DNA from: Amoebidium appalachense
Taxonomy: Eukaryota; Protista; Ichthyosporea
Length of the DNA stretch: 64,000 nucleotides
Direction: 5' to 3'
Assembly: GCA_963693365.1 (NCBI GenBank)
Contig: CAVNZM010000004.1
Span: forward strand, 1,671,449 to 1,735,448
The notes beneath the pieces are model-generated. The model had not been told where the DNA came from and made no database searches. It saw only the letters and a program-made list of their open reading frames with translations. Positions 1-11,033 of this stretch are shown here, piece by piece. Every line of letters starts with the position of its first letter. The first letter of the stretch is position 1. The position numbers and the translations under genes were made by a program.

Positions 1-1254
1 ATAAAGTGGGAAGTAGGCAAACCCCCCTTTTTTTTTTTGGAAGGGGGGGGGGGGGGGGGGGGGAAGGGGGGTGGGAGGGGGGATAGATGGTTGGGGAGGG
101 GAGGGGGGGGGGGGGGGGGGGGAGGGTAAATATGTTATTCACACCTCTCCTATCGAAATCGTTCTTTCGTTCCCTTCCTTATTATAGTGCAAAGGAGCGC
201 CCACTCTCTTTTTTTTTCGCTTTTTTTTTTTTTTTTTTTTTTTTTTTTGGGGGGGGGGGGGGGGGGTTTGCATGTGTAGTGTAGTGGCGGAGCGCCTTGG
301 GGGGAGGTTGGGGGGGGGGGGGGGGGGGGGGGGGGGCAATGTATAAGACCGCTAAGAGGAACAGAGATACAGGAAATATAGGTACAATATGTCAAGATAA
401 CAAAGCAAACACAAACAAACAAAGAGCATGCCCCGCAATCAACCCCCCCACCCCACCCCCCCACCCCCCATCCCCTTCTCCATGTTCCGAGTTCATAAGA
501 ATTGAGTTCTAATCCTTCCACATGAAAAACAAACAGGCATGAGAGGGGGGGACAGAAGGTGGAAAGGAACGGGAGGCTGGCTGTGTGAGCTGCCTCCGGG
601 AAGGGAAGGGTGGTGGTGGTTGTGGCGGTGGTGGTGGTGGTGGCGGCGGGTGTGTGTGTGTGTTGGGGGGGGGGGGGGGGGGGGGAGATGTTGGTGCAGT
701 AGACTAGGAGGGAAAGAGACGAGTGAACGAGGGGGCCAATAAAGATAGCCATTTTTGTGTGTGCTGTGTGTAAGATTTACAGACCAGTGGGAAAGGGGGG
801 GGGAGGGGGGGGGGGGCTTAAAGGCAGATGAGGGAAAGTAGAACGAGAAAGTAGAACGGGGGTAGAGAATGACTATCTGGCTGGGGGGAGGGGGCACGGG
901 GGGGGGGGGGGAGAGGCTGAGGGGGGAAGAGGGAGGGGGCGGGGGAAGGGGCAGCGGTGGTGGTGGGTGGTTGGGGGGGAAGGCGAGAGAGGGGTGAGAG
1001 GAGGGGAGTAGAGGAGGGAGGGGAGGGGGGGGGGGGGGGGGGGGAAGGGGGGCATCGTAATACCTAGCCTACAGTCAGTAAGGGTGAGGTTGCGCAAATT
1101 GACAAACTGACAGAAACTGTCGGGCAGTCTGGTCAGCCTGTTGCCTGATAGGTCCAGTGTCCTAAGTTTGTCCTTGAGGCTCCATAGCTCCTCGGGTATC
1201 TGCAGATGGGGTAAGGGGAAATGAGAACATGTTTTTTTTTTTTGTTTTTTTGTT

Positions 1255-1285
<31 letters not shown>

Positions 1286-2543
1286 GGACGGAGGGGACGG
1301 GGGGGGGGGGGGGGGGGGGAGGGGGAAAAAGGGAAGGGGAGGGGGGAGTCTTGTTTTCTTAATAACTTGCTTGCTAGGATTGTTTCTTTGTTTGCTTGTT
1401 TCATAATTCATCCTCATTTTTTATCCCCAGAGGGAGGCAGGGGTGGGGGGAGGGGGTGTTGGGGAGGAGGGGGGGGGGGGGAGGGGGGGGGGGGGGGATA
1501 TATAATCTTGCCAACATTTAGCTCTTTTGTGCACAACATGGGCACGGTGCTGCATCAGAAAAGGACGTGCACACAGTGTAAGTAGAGCCCAGTAGGGATG
1601 GCAAGGGATATTATCGCAGAGCGAGAATCATGGTTGTTAGAAAGAAAGGGACGAGGGTATGGGAGAGGAAAGGGGGTGGGGCGGGGGGAGAGAGGGGAGG
1701 GGGGTAGAGCAAGAGGCACCTGGAGAAGGAGGGGAGGGAACGTATCGAGGCATCAACAGTTTAATGCATCTCCACACACAAAGAGATCCTATCTAAAGTT
1801 TGTCTGCTGTCATTCCATTGCATGCATGTACACACAGAGAAGTGGTGTGATAATGAAGCGTGTCAGATGTGGAAGGACGCGCCAAAAAGAGATGGATGGG
1901 TAAGGGTGCACCTGTAGGCCGGCGAAAGGATAGGACAGCAACGGGAGCCTCGGAGATCGAGGCAGAAGGGAGGGAAGGGGACCAAGGGGGCAAGGTGGGG
2001 TGGGAATGGAAAAAAGTAGGAGAATTAGGAGGGAGGGGATCCGGGAGAGGGGGGAGGTTGAGGAGGGGGGTTTGGGGTTGGGGGTTTGGAGGGGGGGGGG
2101 GGGGGGGGGGGGGGGCTAATCTCCAGCCCATACCTCCTTTTTGCCTGATCCAACCAGCGCAAACACGCCAGTTTGGCCAGCGCGCTCAATGCGGGTGCTC
2201 AGATCGTTGCCCATGTTTTAACCGACTTAAACGAGCTAGAGCTTGTTTATCCTTGTGGCGCTTTTTTCACGCACCTGTGCAAAAAACACGTGACACTACT
2301 GTGTGGCTGGTGAACCTACCACTGGCACATTTCCTTGACGTGCCAAATGAATGATGAGCCCATTCAGTGGGAATGTGCCCCCGGTAAATTTTCAGCGTGC
2401 AGTAGTGATTCGAGAATTTCATGTGCCCATAGAAGGGGAAGGGTTGTTGTTGTTGTTGTTGGTCGTGGTGGTGGTGGGGGTTGGGGGGGGGGGGGTTGGG
2501 GGGGGGGGGGGGGGCTAATTAGTTAGGTGACTGAGCATAAATA

Positions 2544-2677
2544 TTATGCATAGCTAGTACTGCAGCTCTCTCTCTCTCTCTCTCTCTCTCTCCACTTCAC
2601 TACATACACACTCTCCCTCTCAGGCTCTCTCTGTCTCTCTATGCATCTGCCTATCCAAGGCTCTCTCTCTCTCTCTA

Positions 2678-2753
<76 letters not shown>

Positions 2754-2808
2754 ATACACACACTCCCTCTCAGGCTCTCTCTGTCTCTCTATGCATCTGC
2801 TTATCCAA

Positions 2809-2866
<58 letters not shown>

Positions 2867-2918
2867 CACACTCTCCCTCTCAGGCTCTCTCTGTCTCTCT
2901 ATGCATCTGCCTATCCAA

Positions 2919-2967
<49 letters not shown>

Positions 2968-2990
2968 CCTCTCCCCCCAGAGTCTCCCTA
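2544..2990. repeat. Compound minisatellite: 3 units of a ~55-bp core separated by (CT)n
   Basis: The core [40 protein letters not shown] recurs at ~2621, ~2771 and ~2881, with (CT)n spacers. Confidence 0.9.
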
Positions 2991-3283
2991 GAGCATACAT
3001 ATCAAATCAAGTGTAAGCCAATAAAATGAAGCGCAAGCAATCACACACTGAGCTCCTATTGGTTTCACGAAGTAGGCAAATGTTGATGGGGGTTTACGCT
3101 GTTTACTCGAGGCAAAGAGAACCAGTCTCAGGTATGGGGGGGGGGGGTTTGCTCGGAATATCCCCTCAGCGGTATATCATGATCACGTACATAGATGTCG
3201 GGTGGTGACTATATATCAGGGTTTACTTTCTCTACGAGACACCATAAAGACTACAAGGAGAAATCAATTAGTTGGGGTTCCCC

Positions 3284-3326
<43 letters not shown>

Positions 3327-3358
3327 GGGCTCCCCTCGGGACACTCGGTATCAGCTGG

Positions 3359-3409
<51 letters not shown>

Positions 3410-3429
3410 TGTGTGTGTGTGCGCGTGCG

Positions 3430-6400
3430 CTATAATTTTGTAGTGATGTGTTTCTCAAGCCAATCAATACATCTAATAAACAGGTCGTAGTTACGCGTGT
3501 TTAGTATAAAATCAAGGATGTTGTAATTTACAGGTAGGCTATCTTTCTGGGTGTCTGTTGTGAATGTGACGTGTGTGTGTTGCGGTATTATGTGGTCTAT
3601 CAAACTACATTTGGCGATACATGACCGGTTAAACTGGTGTGTGTGTGTGTTGTTTGGGCATGCAAATGATGCCACCTTATACTTATTAGATCTCCACTGT
3701 ATAGCACGTGTACAGTAAAAGCGTGGTAATTGATCAATAATACCATCAGCTAGAGAAAGACCAGTTCTACAGGAAGGTAATATGTATTTAGGTGTTATAC
3801 ACTTGCGAGTGCCATATTTGGCAATATGGTTGAGGCGGTCAGTATATATAAAACGAGACATAAGGCTTAGTTTTTCAAGGTGTATGCTTTCATCGGGTCT
3901 AGTGTCGTGTGGTATCTTTTTCCATTTGTTATATTGCGTGATTATCTTGTGATTGTGTACATGTTTAATAAGTAAGTGGCAGTCCAAAGTCACACACACA
4001 CTATTGCGGGGTTTATTTGTATTTGTGCCCAGGGGAGAAGGGGAGAGAGAGGGGAGGAAAGAGGGGAGAGGTGAGGAGGGGACAGGTCGGATAGAGAAGA
4101 GAGGGTGGGAGGGCAAATACTTCTTTAAGCGGCTTATGTGCTTATTGAATTTCAGCGCGAGATAGGATACTCTAGCAGCTATTGGGACCAGACCATATAT
4201 CGAGAGCGTTACAGGCCCAGGTTTACAACAGTTGTTAGATAGAAAGGAGGCAACTTCTGCTTCAAGGAAATTTGCCAAGGGTTTAAGCGCTCTAGTTCTC
4301 TCTTTCTTGATCCAAGCGGCGAGAAGGGGTAAACCATATTCACATGCCGGGAAGACAAAAGTGCGAATAAATGTAAGTCTAATAGAAGGATGGAGGGGTG
4401 TGTCTTTAAAAATATTAGCCGAGAAGAAAGCTAACCGCTTACGAGCCAACTCTACCCTCTTTTCGACCATATGGGGAAACATAACACCAACAGAATCAAC
4501 CGGAACACCAAGATATTTGTATTCTGGAACTATAGGTACAGGTTTAGATGATAATGTAAATGTGTGTAAATTGTTAGCTATATCAGGTACAAGAACACCA
4601 CATTTGTCTATGTTAAGGATCATAAGGTTTGCCTTGCACCACTCTGACACTACATCGAACAATCTTTGCAGGCGTCTAGGGGTACGGGCAAGGAGGGACA
4701 GATCATCAGCATAGAGAAGTGCAGGCGGAAAGTTATTAATAGGGTCATCGTTTTCGGCGTAAATCTTGACAGCCAAATCATCTATAAATAGGTTAAACAA
4801 AAAGGGGCTAAGCAATGAACCCTGCAAGAGACCTCTAGTACGAGCAAAACCATATGAAAGATGCCCATTAACCACAGCTCTACCATAGGTTTGAGACAAG
4901 AGTGCTTCTAACAGAACACCAATGCAGTGTGGTACACCCCGTGCAGCAAGCTTTTCCCATAGGAGACCAGGGGAGACAGAATCGTAAGCAGTTTTCCAAT
5001 CAATAAAGCCAACATATTGTGCACCAACTTGCATAGAATCGTGCAGTGCCATTATTTGAACATAACATGAATTGTTTTTACGAAAAGCGGATTGGCATGG
5101 GTGTATGTGAAGAATAGATTGAAACCTAGGGTGATGTGCAAATAACCTAAGTAAGCAAGCTTCAAAGAATCTACGAACAACCTGGGTTAGTGTAATGGGG
5201 CGAAATGATGATATGGGGCCCTCAGAGTCCTTCTTAACTATGGGGATCACTAAGGTATCTAACCAAGATGACGGGACATGTCCACATTTAACACACCAAG
5301 AAAAGAGAGAGCTTAACATGATAGTAAGATCAGGTTTAATAGCACGATCACTTTCCTTTTGTGGGTAGGAGGGAACAAGGATTTTAAGATACCCAGCAGG
5401 GAGTCCATCAGGTCCACAAGACTTACTAGAGCTATAACTAGATATCACAGACCATATGGCATCGGGACTGAAAAAGGGGAGGATCGATTCTATGGGGATA
5501 GATGGGTCTACAGGCCACACAATAGGTTTCTGAGCGGGGGTCCTATCTTTAAACAGTTCCGAGAAATACTTATCAGAGTCTATGAGGGGGTCTCCAGTGG
5601 TATCACCAATAATACGAGCAGGGGGTCCAAATCGATTCATACTAGCAAGCCGGCGCAAGCTTTCCTTTTGAGACAGGGGTTCACCTACTCTAGCGGGAGT
5701 GGTGTTTGGTAACAAGAGAGCATCGGGATATTCCTTCCTACCACCGCCAGCATAATCACCGAGATCTATCAAATCATCAACAATAAAGTTAGTGCATGTA
5801 TCTAGTACGAGATGTGAATCTGGCCTGGCTTGTGCAGATTCTAATAGGCGCATATATATAGGGTGTTTCGTAGCATAGCATACACATACATCAACTCTAC
5901 CCCACTGTGACTTAAGCTGGGATAGACGGAGGCGAAAGGTGGGAGGGGGAGGGGGGAGCAGATCAAGGGAGATCTTAGGTAGGAAAAGGATAGGAGAGTG
6001 GTCAGATGACCTAGAGAGGTTAGGAGGGAGAGAGAGTTTTGACATGGTTGATGGCCAAAAGGCCACTCCCCAGTCGGTGTTGTGGGCATGGGATATTTGA
6101 GGGAACCGCAAAGTGTGACTTTGGACATACCTTGCTAAAGGGATAGCACGCTCCGGGGGCTTAGATGGGTACCCGACACTCACTTGCAGTGTGTCTGTGT
6201 GGTGGAGTCGCGTGTTAAAATCACCTAAAATAACAGTGGACATTGGTAACTGTGACAACTCGTGAGTCAATTCGACAACCGACATAGATGGTGGGTAATA
6301 TACAAAAGTAAAAACATTAGAAAGAAACTCTATAGAAACCGAGAATTCCGTTTTTGCTACCGGTTTGCACTTCACTCTCACGTGTGGTGCGGCAAGTACA

Positions 6401-6624
6401 ATAATGCCTCGGTTTTTCGCGTAACCGGGGTGTGTGGATGTGTCGACCAATGTAGAGTTGAATTTGTGGTGGTTTTTAAACTGTGTTTCGCAAATCACTG
6501 TAAACGTGTGGTTGTTTGTCTGTTGTTGTATGTAGCTGATTTTATCGTCGAGTGTCCCGGGGGGGAGGCCCTTTTGGGGGCCCAGTGTCCGAGCATTCCA
6601 GAAGAAGAAGGATAAATTAGGCAT
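3430..6624 (-). CDS. LINE ORF2: AP endonuclease + reverse transcriptase (1064 aa)
   Basis: APE motifs FWNART, ICET, YYPP, ILGDFN, SDH. RT motifs KSCGPDG, FRPITL, QSAFR, IDWKTAYDSV, GLLQGSLLSPFLFNLFIDD, YADD, YKYLG. Degenerate C-terminal Cys motif (CPNN..FNRSCIAKC). Confidence 0.97.
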   Translation of the reverse strand: MPNLSFFFWNARTLGPQKGLPPGTLDDKISYIQQQTNNHTFTVICETQFKNHHKFNSTLVDTSTHPGYAKNRGIIVLAAPHVRVKCKPVAKTEFSVSIEFLSNVFTFVYYPPSMSVVELTHELSQLPMSTVILGDFNTRLHHTDTLQVSVGYPSKPPERAIPLARYVQSHTLRFPQISHAHNTDWGVAFWPSTMSKLSLPPNLSRSSDHSPILFLPKISLDLLPPPPPTFRLRLSQLKSQWGRVDVCVCYATKHPIYMRLLESAQARPDSHLVLDTCTNFIVDDLIDLGDYAGGGRKEYPDALLLPNTTPARVGEPLSQKESLRRLASMNRFGPPARIIGDTTGDPLIDSDKYFSELFKDRTPAQKPIVWPVDPSIPIESILPFFSPDAIWSVISSYSSSKSCGPDGLPAGYLKILVPSYPQKESDRAIKPDLTIMLSSLFSWCVKCGHVPSSWLDTLVIPIVKKDSEGPISSFRPITLTQVVRRFFEACLLRLFAHHPRFQSILHIHPCQSAFRKNNSCYVQIMALHDSMQVGAQYVGFIDWKTAYDSVSPGLLWEKLAARGVPHCIGVLLEALLSQTYGRAVVNGHLSYGFARTRGLLQGSLLSPFLFNLFIDDLAVKIYAENDDPINNFPPALLYADDLSLLARTPRRLQRLFDVVSEWCKANLMILNIDKCGVLVPDIANNLHTFTLSSKPVPIVPEYKYLGVPVDSVGVMFPHMVEKRVELARKRLAFFSANIFKDTPLHPSIRLTFIRTFVFPACEYGLPLLAAWIKKERTRALKPLANFLEAEVASFLSNNCCKPGPVTLSIYGLVPIAARVSYLALKFNKHISRLKKYLPSHPLFSIRPVPSSPLPSFLPSLSPSPLGTNTNKPRNSVCVTLDCHLLIKHVHNHKIITQYNKWKKIPHDTRPDESIHLEKLSLMSRFIYTDRLNHIAKYGTRKCITPKYILPSCRTGLSLADGIIDQLPRFYCTRAIQWRSNKYKVASFACPNNTHTHQFNRSCIAKCSLIDHIIPQHTHVTFTTDTQKDSLPVNYNILDFILNTRNYDLFIRCIDWLEKHITTKL

Positions 6625-7801
6625 CGGTTTGGTCCGACACCTGTGGGGTTGGTTCCCACTTGTCGCTTACGGGGTCGTATGCACGACCTTCCGCCAGCGC
6701 GAACAGTTCGCAGAAGAGCTCGATTTCCATCTCGCATCGGCGTTTGCGCTCGAGCAGTTTCTCACCAGAAAACATTGGTTCCTTCGTGTCCGTGTCTATC
6801 ACGCTCGTAGCATCGTTTTCCAACTTTGCGAGGAACTCTTTTGCCTTGCTGATGCGTACACGACAACGTGTGGCGCACGCATTCTTAGCAGACACTTTAC
6901 GTTCTTTGTCTGCTTTCTGAATGTTTTCCGGCGCGCATGGGTCGTAGCTTGGGAGGTGGGTGAAGAAGCTTCCACACCCCTTTGTCGCGTCACGGATGAA
7001 CGCACGGTTATAGTCGCCCCGTACTGCTACTTCCAGCACATCGTATCCAATGAAGGACAGACAAAGGATGCGAGAGCACCGGAAGCCGAGAGCCTTGAAG
7101 ATGGACCACATGGCCCTGTGTGGGCGTCTGCCGTGCTTGACTTTGAAATACACCCTCTCGTATTTGGGTGGGATGTTGATGTTACCGTTTGCTTGGGTGT
7201 TCCCCTTAGCCGGCGGTTTGGGAGGGGAGTTGCGGCGGTACTCGTTGCCTGCAAGAATGCTGGCATATGTTTCCTTGGCAATTTGGCGGAGCTCGGGTGT
7301 TTTACGAGAGTTCGCATATTCTAGGAACTCTGCCGGGAGCTGTGCTTCCGGTCCTGTGTTGTTTTGTGTTGGGGTGGAAATGTCTCCGTCGCGAGATGTT
7401 TGCTCATGAGTTTTGGGGTTTTGCGATCCACTAATGTTTAGCTGGGCTGTGAGTGAATCAATGGTGAGCTTGAGTTGGGTATTTTCTGTTTGGAGTTTTT
7501 CTATCATGTTCTTGAGTGGTAACAGCTCATTTAGCTGTTTCTTAACGAGGGCAAGTTCTGCCAGTACTGTATCAACCGAAAGTTTCGGCATGGTTGTTAT
7601 TGTGTTTCTACGGAGTGGTGTGGTGTTATTCTGAATGGGTAGTGTATTGTAAATAGGTGTTGCGCTTAGTCTAAGGCGATGTTTTTCTGGTTGTGCATCT
7701 GTGGTAGGTGTATCTGCTGGACGTTTTAATGGTCGCACATGTGTGATGGGTGTAGATGGAACTTTGAAAGAGGTTCTGAAACGATTATAGGCATGTGCCA
7801 T
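6617..7801 (-). CDS. LINE ORF1 protein (394 aa; coiled coil, basic RNA-binding-like C-terminal half)
   Basis: Lies directly upstream of ORF2 with an 8-nt overlap (ATGCCTAA). Heptad segment LAELALVKKQLNELLPLKNMIEKLQTENTQLK and a TYASIL motif typical of ORF1 proteins. Confidence 0.88.
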   Translation of the reverse strand: MAHAYNRFRTSFKVPSTPITHVRPLKRPADTPTTDAQPEKHRLRLSATPIYNTLPIQNNTTPLRRNTITTMPKLSVDTVLAELALVKKQLNELLPLKNMIEKLQTENTQLKLTIDSLTAQLNISGSQNPKTHEQTSRDGDISTPTQNNTGPEAQLPAEFLEYANSRKTPELRQIAKETYASILAGNEYRRNSPPKPPAKGNTQANGNINIPPKYERVYFKVKHGRRPHRAMWSIFKALGFRCSRILCLSFIGYDVLEVAVRGDYNRAFIRDATKGCGSFFTHLPSYDPCAPENIQKADKERKVSAKNACATRCRVRISKAKEFLAKLENDATSVIDTDTKEPMFSGEKLLERKRRCEMEIELFCELFALAEGRAYDPVSDKWEPTPQVSDQTDA

Positions 7802-8390
7802 GACATGGATGGGGGTGTTCCCCGGCCCTTAGGGCCACGGATGGCCTGGTTTAGGGGTGGATGCGCGAAGGATACTATTTATTAGCAGATAATAGAAAGC
7901 GACATTTGAATCGATGCGACATTTGAATCGATGTTGATAAGAAAACACGATAATATTTGTAGGCTACCAATAACAGTAGGTCTATAAGCATTTTTGATTA
8001 TATAATGATTTATAGAATACCATACATGGATTTACTTTCCTATATAATCTAAAAAGAATTCTTTATACCGCTCAGGTTAAAATAGATCTGATAGTACCGT
8101 ATTCATACTAATATTTAGTGCACTAAAAGTCTACCACTGAAGGGCTGTGCATGGACCCGGAGTGCTTTTGCCCATTTCATGCTGCTGCTCGCACTGCCAA
8201 TCAGATTTAGTTAACTTAATAATAGTTTAATAACAACTTGCTACTACTACTCTTACTTTTCTTTTTTATAATGACTTTATTGATATGCTCATGAAAGAGA
8301 AGCAAGCCGGAGATATCACAGATATCTCACAGAAGAAAATACAAAAACCCCTACTCACGGATACGGAGGAGATAACGACTCAAATAATCC

Positions 8391-8563
8391 TGGGGACTTC
8401 ACTTTCACTTAGATCTCTTAGCTGTCACGTCAACTTTTTTTCCCGATTCTTCACCATGGCAGGTATTTAAAGGCTCTTTTGGGGACTTCACTTTCACTTC
8501 GATCTCTTAGCTGTCACGTCAACTTTTTTCCCGATTCTTCACCATGGCAGGTATTTAAAGGCT
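8391..8563. repeat. Direct tandem duplication, period ~89 bp
   Basis: TGGGGACTTCACTTTCACTT...CAGGTATTTAAAGGCT occurs at 8391-8474 and 8480-8563, nearly identical. Confidence 0.92.
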
Positions 8564-9369
8564 TTCGTTTCTTCTTTTTGTGGTGGGAGGGAGTCCCACT
8601 CAGGGGAACGTGACTGCAGCGTGTGTGTGGTGTGGCCTGGTGTATTCCTACTGCTGTGAGAGTACTGTATGGGGGCATCTCCCTTTCGCGGAGTTTCTCG
8701 CTTGAGAAGTGGTTTCTTCAACGCCTGGTGGTCACTGCAACTATGGTAACTTCTACACGCTGTCTACGCTTCTACGCGACCTATTGGCGGTGGGCTGCTG
8801 CAACTTCTTCAGCTACTTCTGCGCTGCGTGAGTGGAGGGGCGGCTACTTGGTCGTCGGGGAGCTTTCCAAGTGACTGCCAGTCCTTAGCTCTAGTCGTAT
8901 GGCAATGACCGGGTTTGTTTGCATGCATTCTGTAATTGTGTTTTTCTGTGTGTCCTGCCACAACTAGGCCACCTTATCAGAGAGCTAGATGCAGTTTCTC
9001 CGGGTTATCTAGTGTGGGGCCGGGCCCGTTGGGATTGTTTTTTAGCTCAGATTTGGTCTGCATTGCTCTTTTAGAGGCTGACTTGCTTGCTGTGCCTCGG
9101 TAGGTTTTGAGGGGGGCCTGTTGGGAAGCAGCAGTAATGATGTCTTCTTGCGGAGTGTGGTCTGGTCAACATCGATGCATATGACTAGTTGGAGCAAACT
9201 AGTTTCAGACATACACGTATACGTACACTTAAGGTTTTGCCCGCTGGTGTCCTTTATCACTTGTCGCTTTATTTTTATTTTGTAGCTTTGGCTTTTTCAG
9301 TTCTATTGGTGGCTATGTAGCCTGTGGCTGCACGTTGCCTTCATCGACGGATCAACAAACCGAGTCAAA

Positions 9370-10700
9370 AGAAAAAATTTCTAACGGAAGAATCTGAGAT
9401 AAATAAATACATTTATCTAGATGTTTGCGAGAAAAAGGTTCTGCACAAAAGTGACACAAACATGTATGGAAACTAAGGTTACAACGCCAAAATAAACATT
9501 TCCAAGCAATATCATAGGGGTTAGAATGGCAAAATCGGCAAGTGTGGTAGGTTTGCGAGAGGAAGGATGAATATAAGTAGCTAATTTACATAACGATTGT
9601 AGAGAAAATAGACGAGTCTCTAATATAAATAGAAGCACAGGCTCAAGAGTCCTACCATGATACTCTTTACCACAACGATGAAGCAAAGGATATTGAGTAT
9701 GAAACCAAGTATACTGCTGATAAATAGGGGAAGAGAAAAATAAAGGAGATAGATATTTAAAAGGATATCTCTGAATGGGAGATAGATTGGGTACGGGACA
9801 TTTCGCACGAACATTAGAAATGGGAACAGGGTCTAAAGAAGGAAAGAATTGCAACAAAGGATGATAAGAAGGAAGCCTAACCAAATGAAAACAAAAACGA
9901 GGGCCTAACTCATTCATACGCTGACTCGCCGGAGGGAGACCAAAAACACTCAGCAAATTTGTAGCCGCCAGAGGATGCCTACTCGAGGTTCGAGAGATGA
10001 ACTGGATCAATTCATGCTGAAAGGAATCGAATTCCCGAACCGCCGCACGCTGTTGCCGTGGCCATGGAGGGGCACACAAGAGTAACGGGAGGCCATATTC
10101 GAAACATGGACGAAGAAGAACTTTATAAAGAGTGAGCAGATTAGCAGGATGGACATTAGAAATACTTGCGAAAATGCCTTGATAGATGTGTAAACGACCA
10201 CGCGCACGGGAAATGCGCGAAGTCAAAAAGCGCTCAAAGCAAATACCCTTACAAATGAAAGGAATACCTAAATAGTCATAGGAGGACCTACCACCTACTT
10301 AGGCGGTGTCTCCTTTCTTTTTTTATTTATTTATTTATTTTTTTTGCAAAAAGGGACGCCTCAAGTAGATGTATAACGTCGCACGTGCGCAACACGTCAG
10401 TACGTGTTAGTAGGAGGACACAGCTGGGATAGGTTGATTGTGCAAAGTGTAGTGTGCATGGGGAGAAAAGGTGCCGCATTTATCTTTCCCAATTTTCATG
10501 AAATTTCGGAAACACCAATCATCTACTCGCGAAAGCATGGTAGTCATAATAGAAGGATCATGAATGACTAAAACATTATCATCAGCGAAAAAAAGGCCGG
10601 AAACACAAGAGTCGCCTGCAAGGGGAAATTGTTGAATTTCTACCGCTTAGTCGTCAATAAAGACATCAAAAAGGAGGGGACTCAAAAGTGAGCCCTGTAA
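9370..10700 (-). pseudogene. Decayed LINE ORF2 fragment (RT second half + C-terminal domain), related to the intact LINE
   Basis: LQGSLLSPLLFDVFIDD*, FFADD, DKCG, YDYLGIP, RPCFEYGLPLL and C-terminal CHFCAEPFSRKHLDKC. Contains a stop and a frameshift, and is interrupted by the TIR element at 10288-10410. Confidence 0.9.
10288..10410 (+). mobile_element. Non-autonomous TIR element (MITE), copy 1, with a 9-bp TSD
   Basis: Ends CTACCACCTACT / AGTACGTGTTAG form imperfect TIRs. Flanked by TAGGAGGAC at 10279-10287 and 10411-10419. Removing it restores the LINE RT frame (VSSYDYLG). Confidence 0.88.
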
Positions 10701-10931
10701 TTCGAAACAAGGACGAAGAAAAACTTTATAAAGAGTGAGCAGATTAGGAGGATGGACATTAGAAATACTTGCGAAAATGCCTTGATAGATGTGTAAACAT
10801 TCGAAACATGGACGAAGAAAAACTTTACTAAAGAGTGAGCAGATTAGCAAAATAACTTTCCGGAAGAGCCAAGGCATCCGATCCTTGACTACTACACCGG
10901 TTGGAGTTAAAGTAGCTTAGAGGGCCATTGC

Positions 10932-10996
10932 CTAACACATACTGACGTGTTGCCGCACGTGCGACATTATACATCTACTTGAGGCCGTCCCTTTTT

Positions 10997-11033
<37 letters not shown>

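Larger units (their letters stand above)
3285..7860 (-). mobile_element. Apparently full-length APE-type non-LTR retrotransposon (LINE): ORF1 + ORF2, 3' UTR with (CA)n and a poly(A) tail
   Basis: Two uninterrupted overlapping ORFs. 38-nt poly(T) at 3285-3322 on + (poly(A) tail) and (GT)n at ~3360-3420. The 5' boundary is approximate. Confidence 0.92.

Noticed and set aside
3277-7824. GTTCCCCG at 3277-3284 and 7817-7824 as the LINE TSD
   Set aside because: It would leave a 15-nt 5' UTR and cut through a motif shared with the related element. Left unresolved.
7802-7900. HDV-like ribozyme at the LINE 5' end
   Set aside because: A P4-like hairpin and CUAA are present, but no convincing P1/P3/P1.1 could be built by eye.
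7899-7932. 17-bp tandem duplication GCGACATTTGAATCGAT as a TSD or excision footprint
   Set aside because: No matching copy at the other end of any element; simple slippage explains it.
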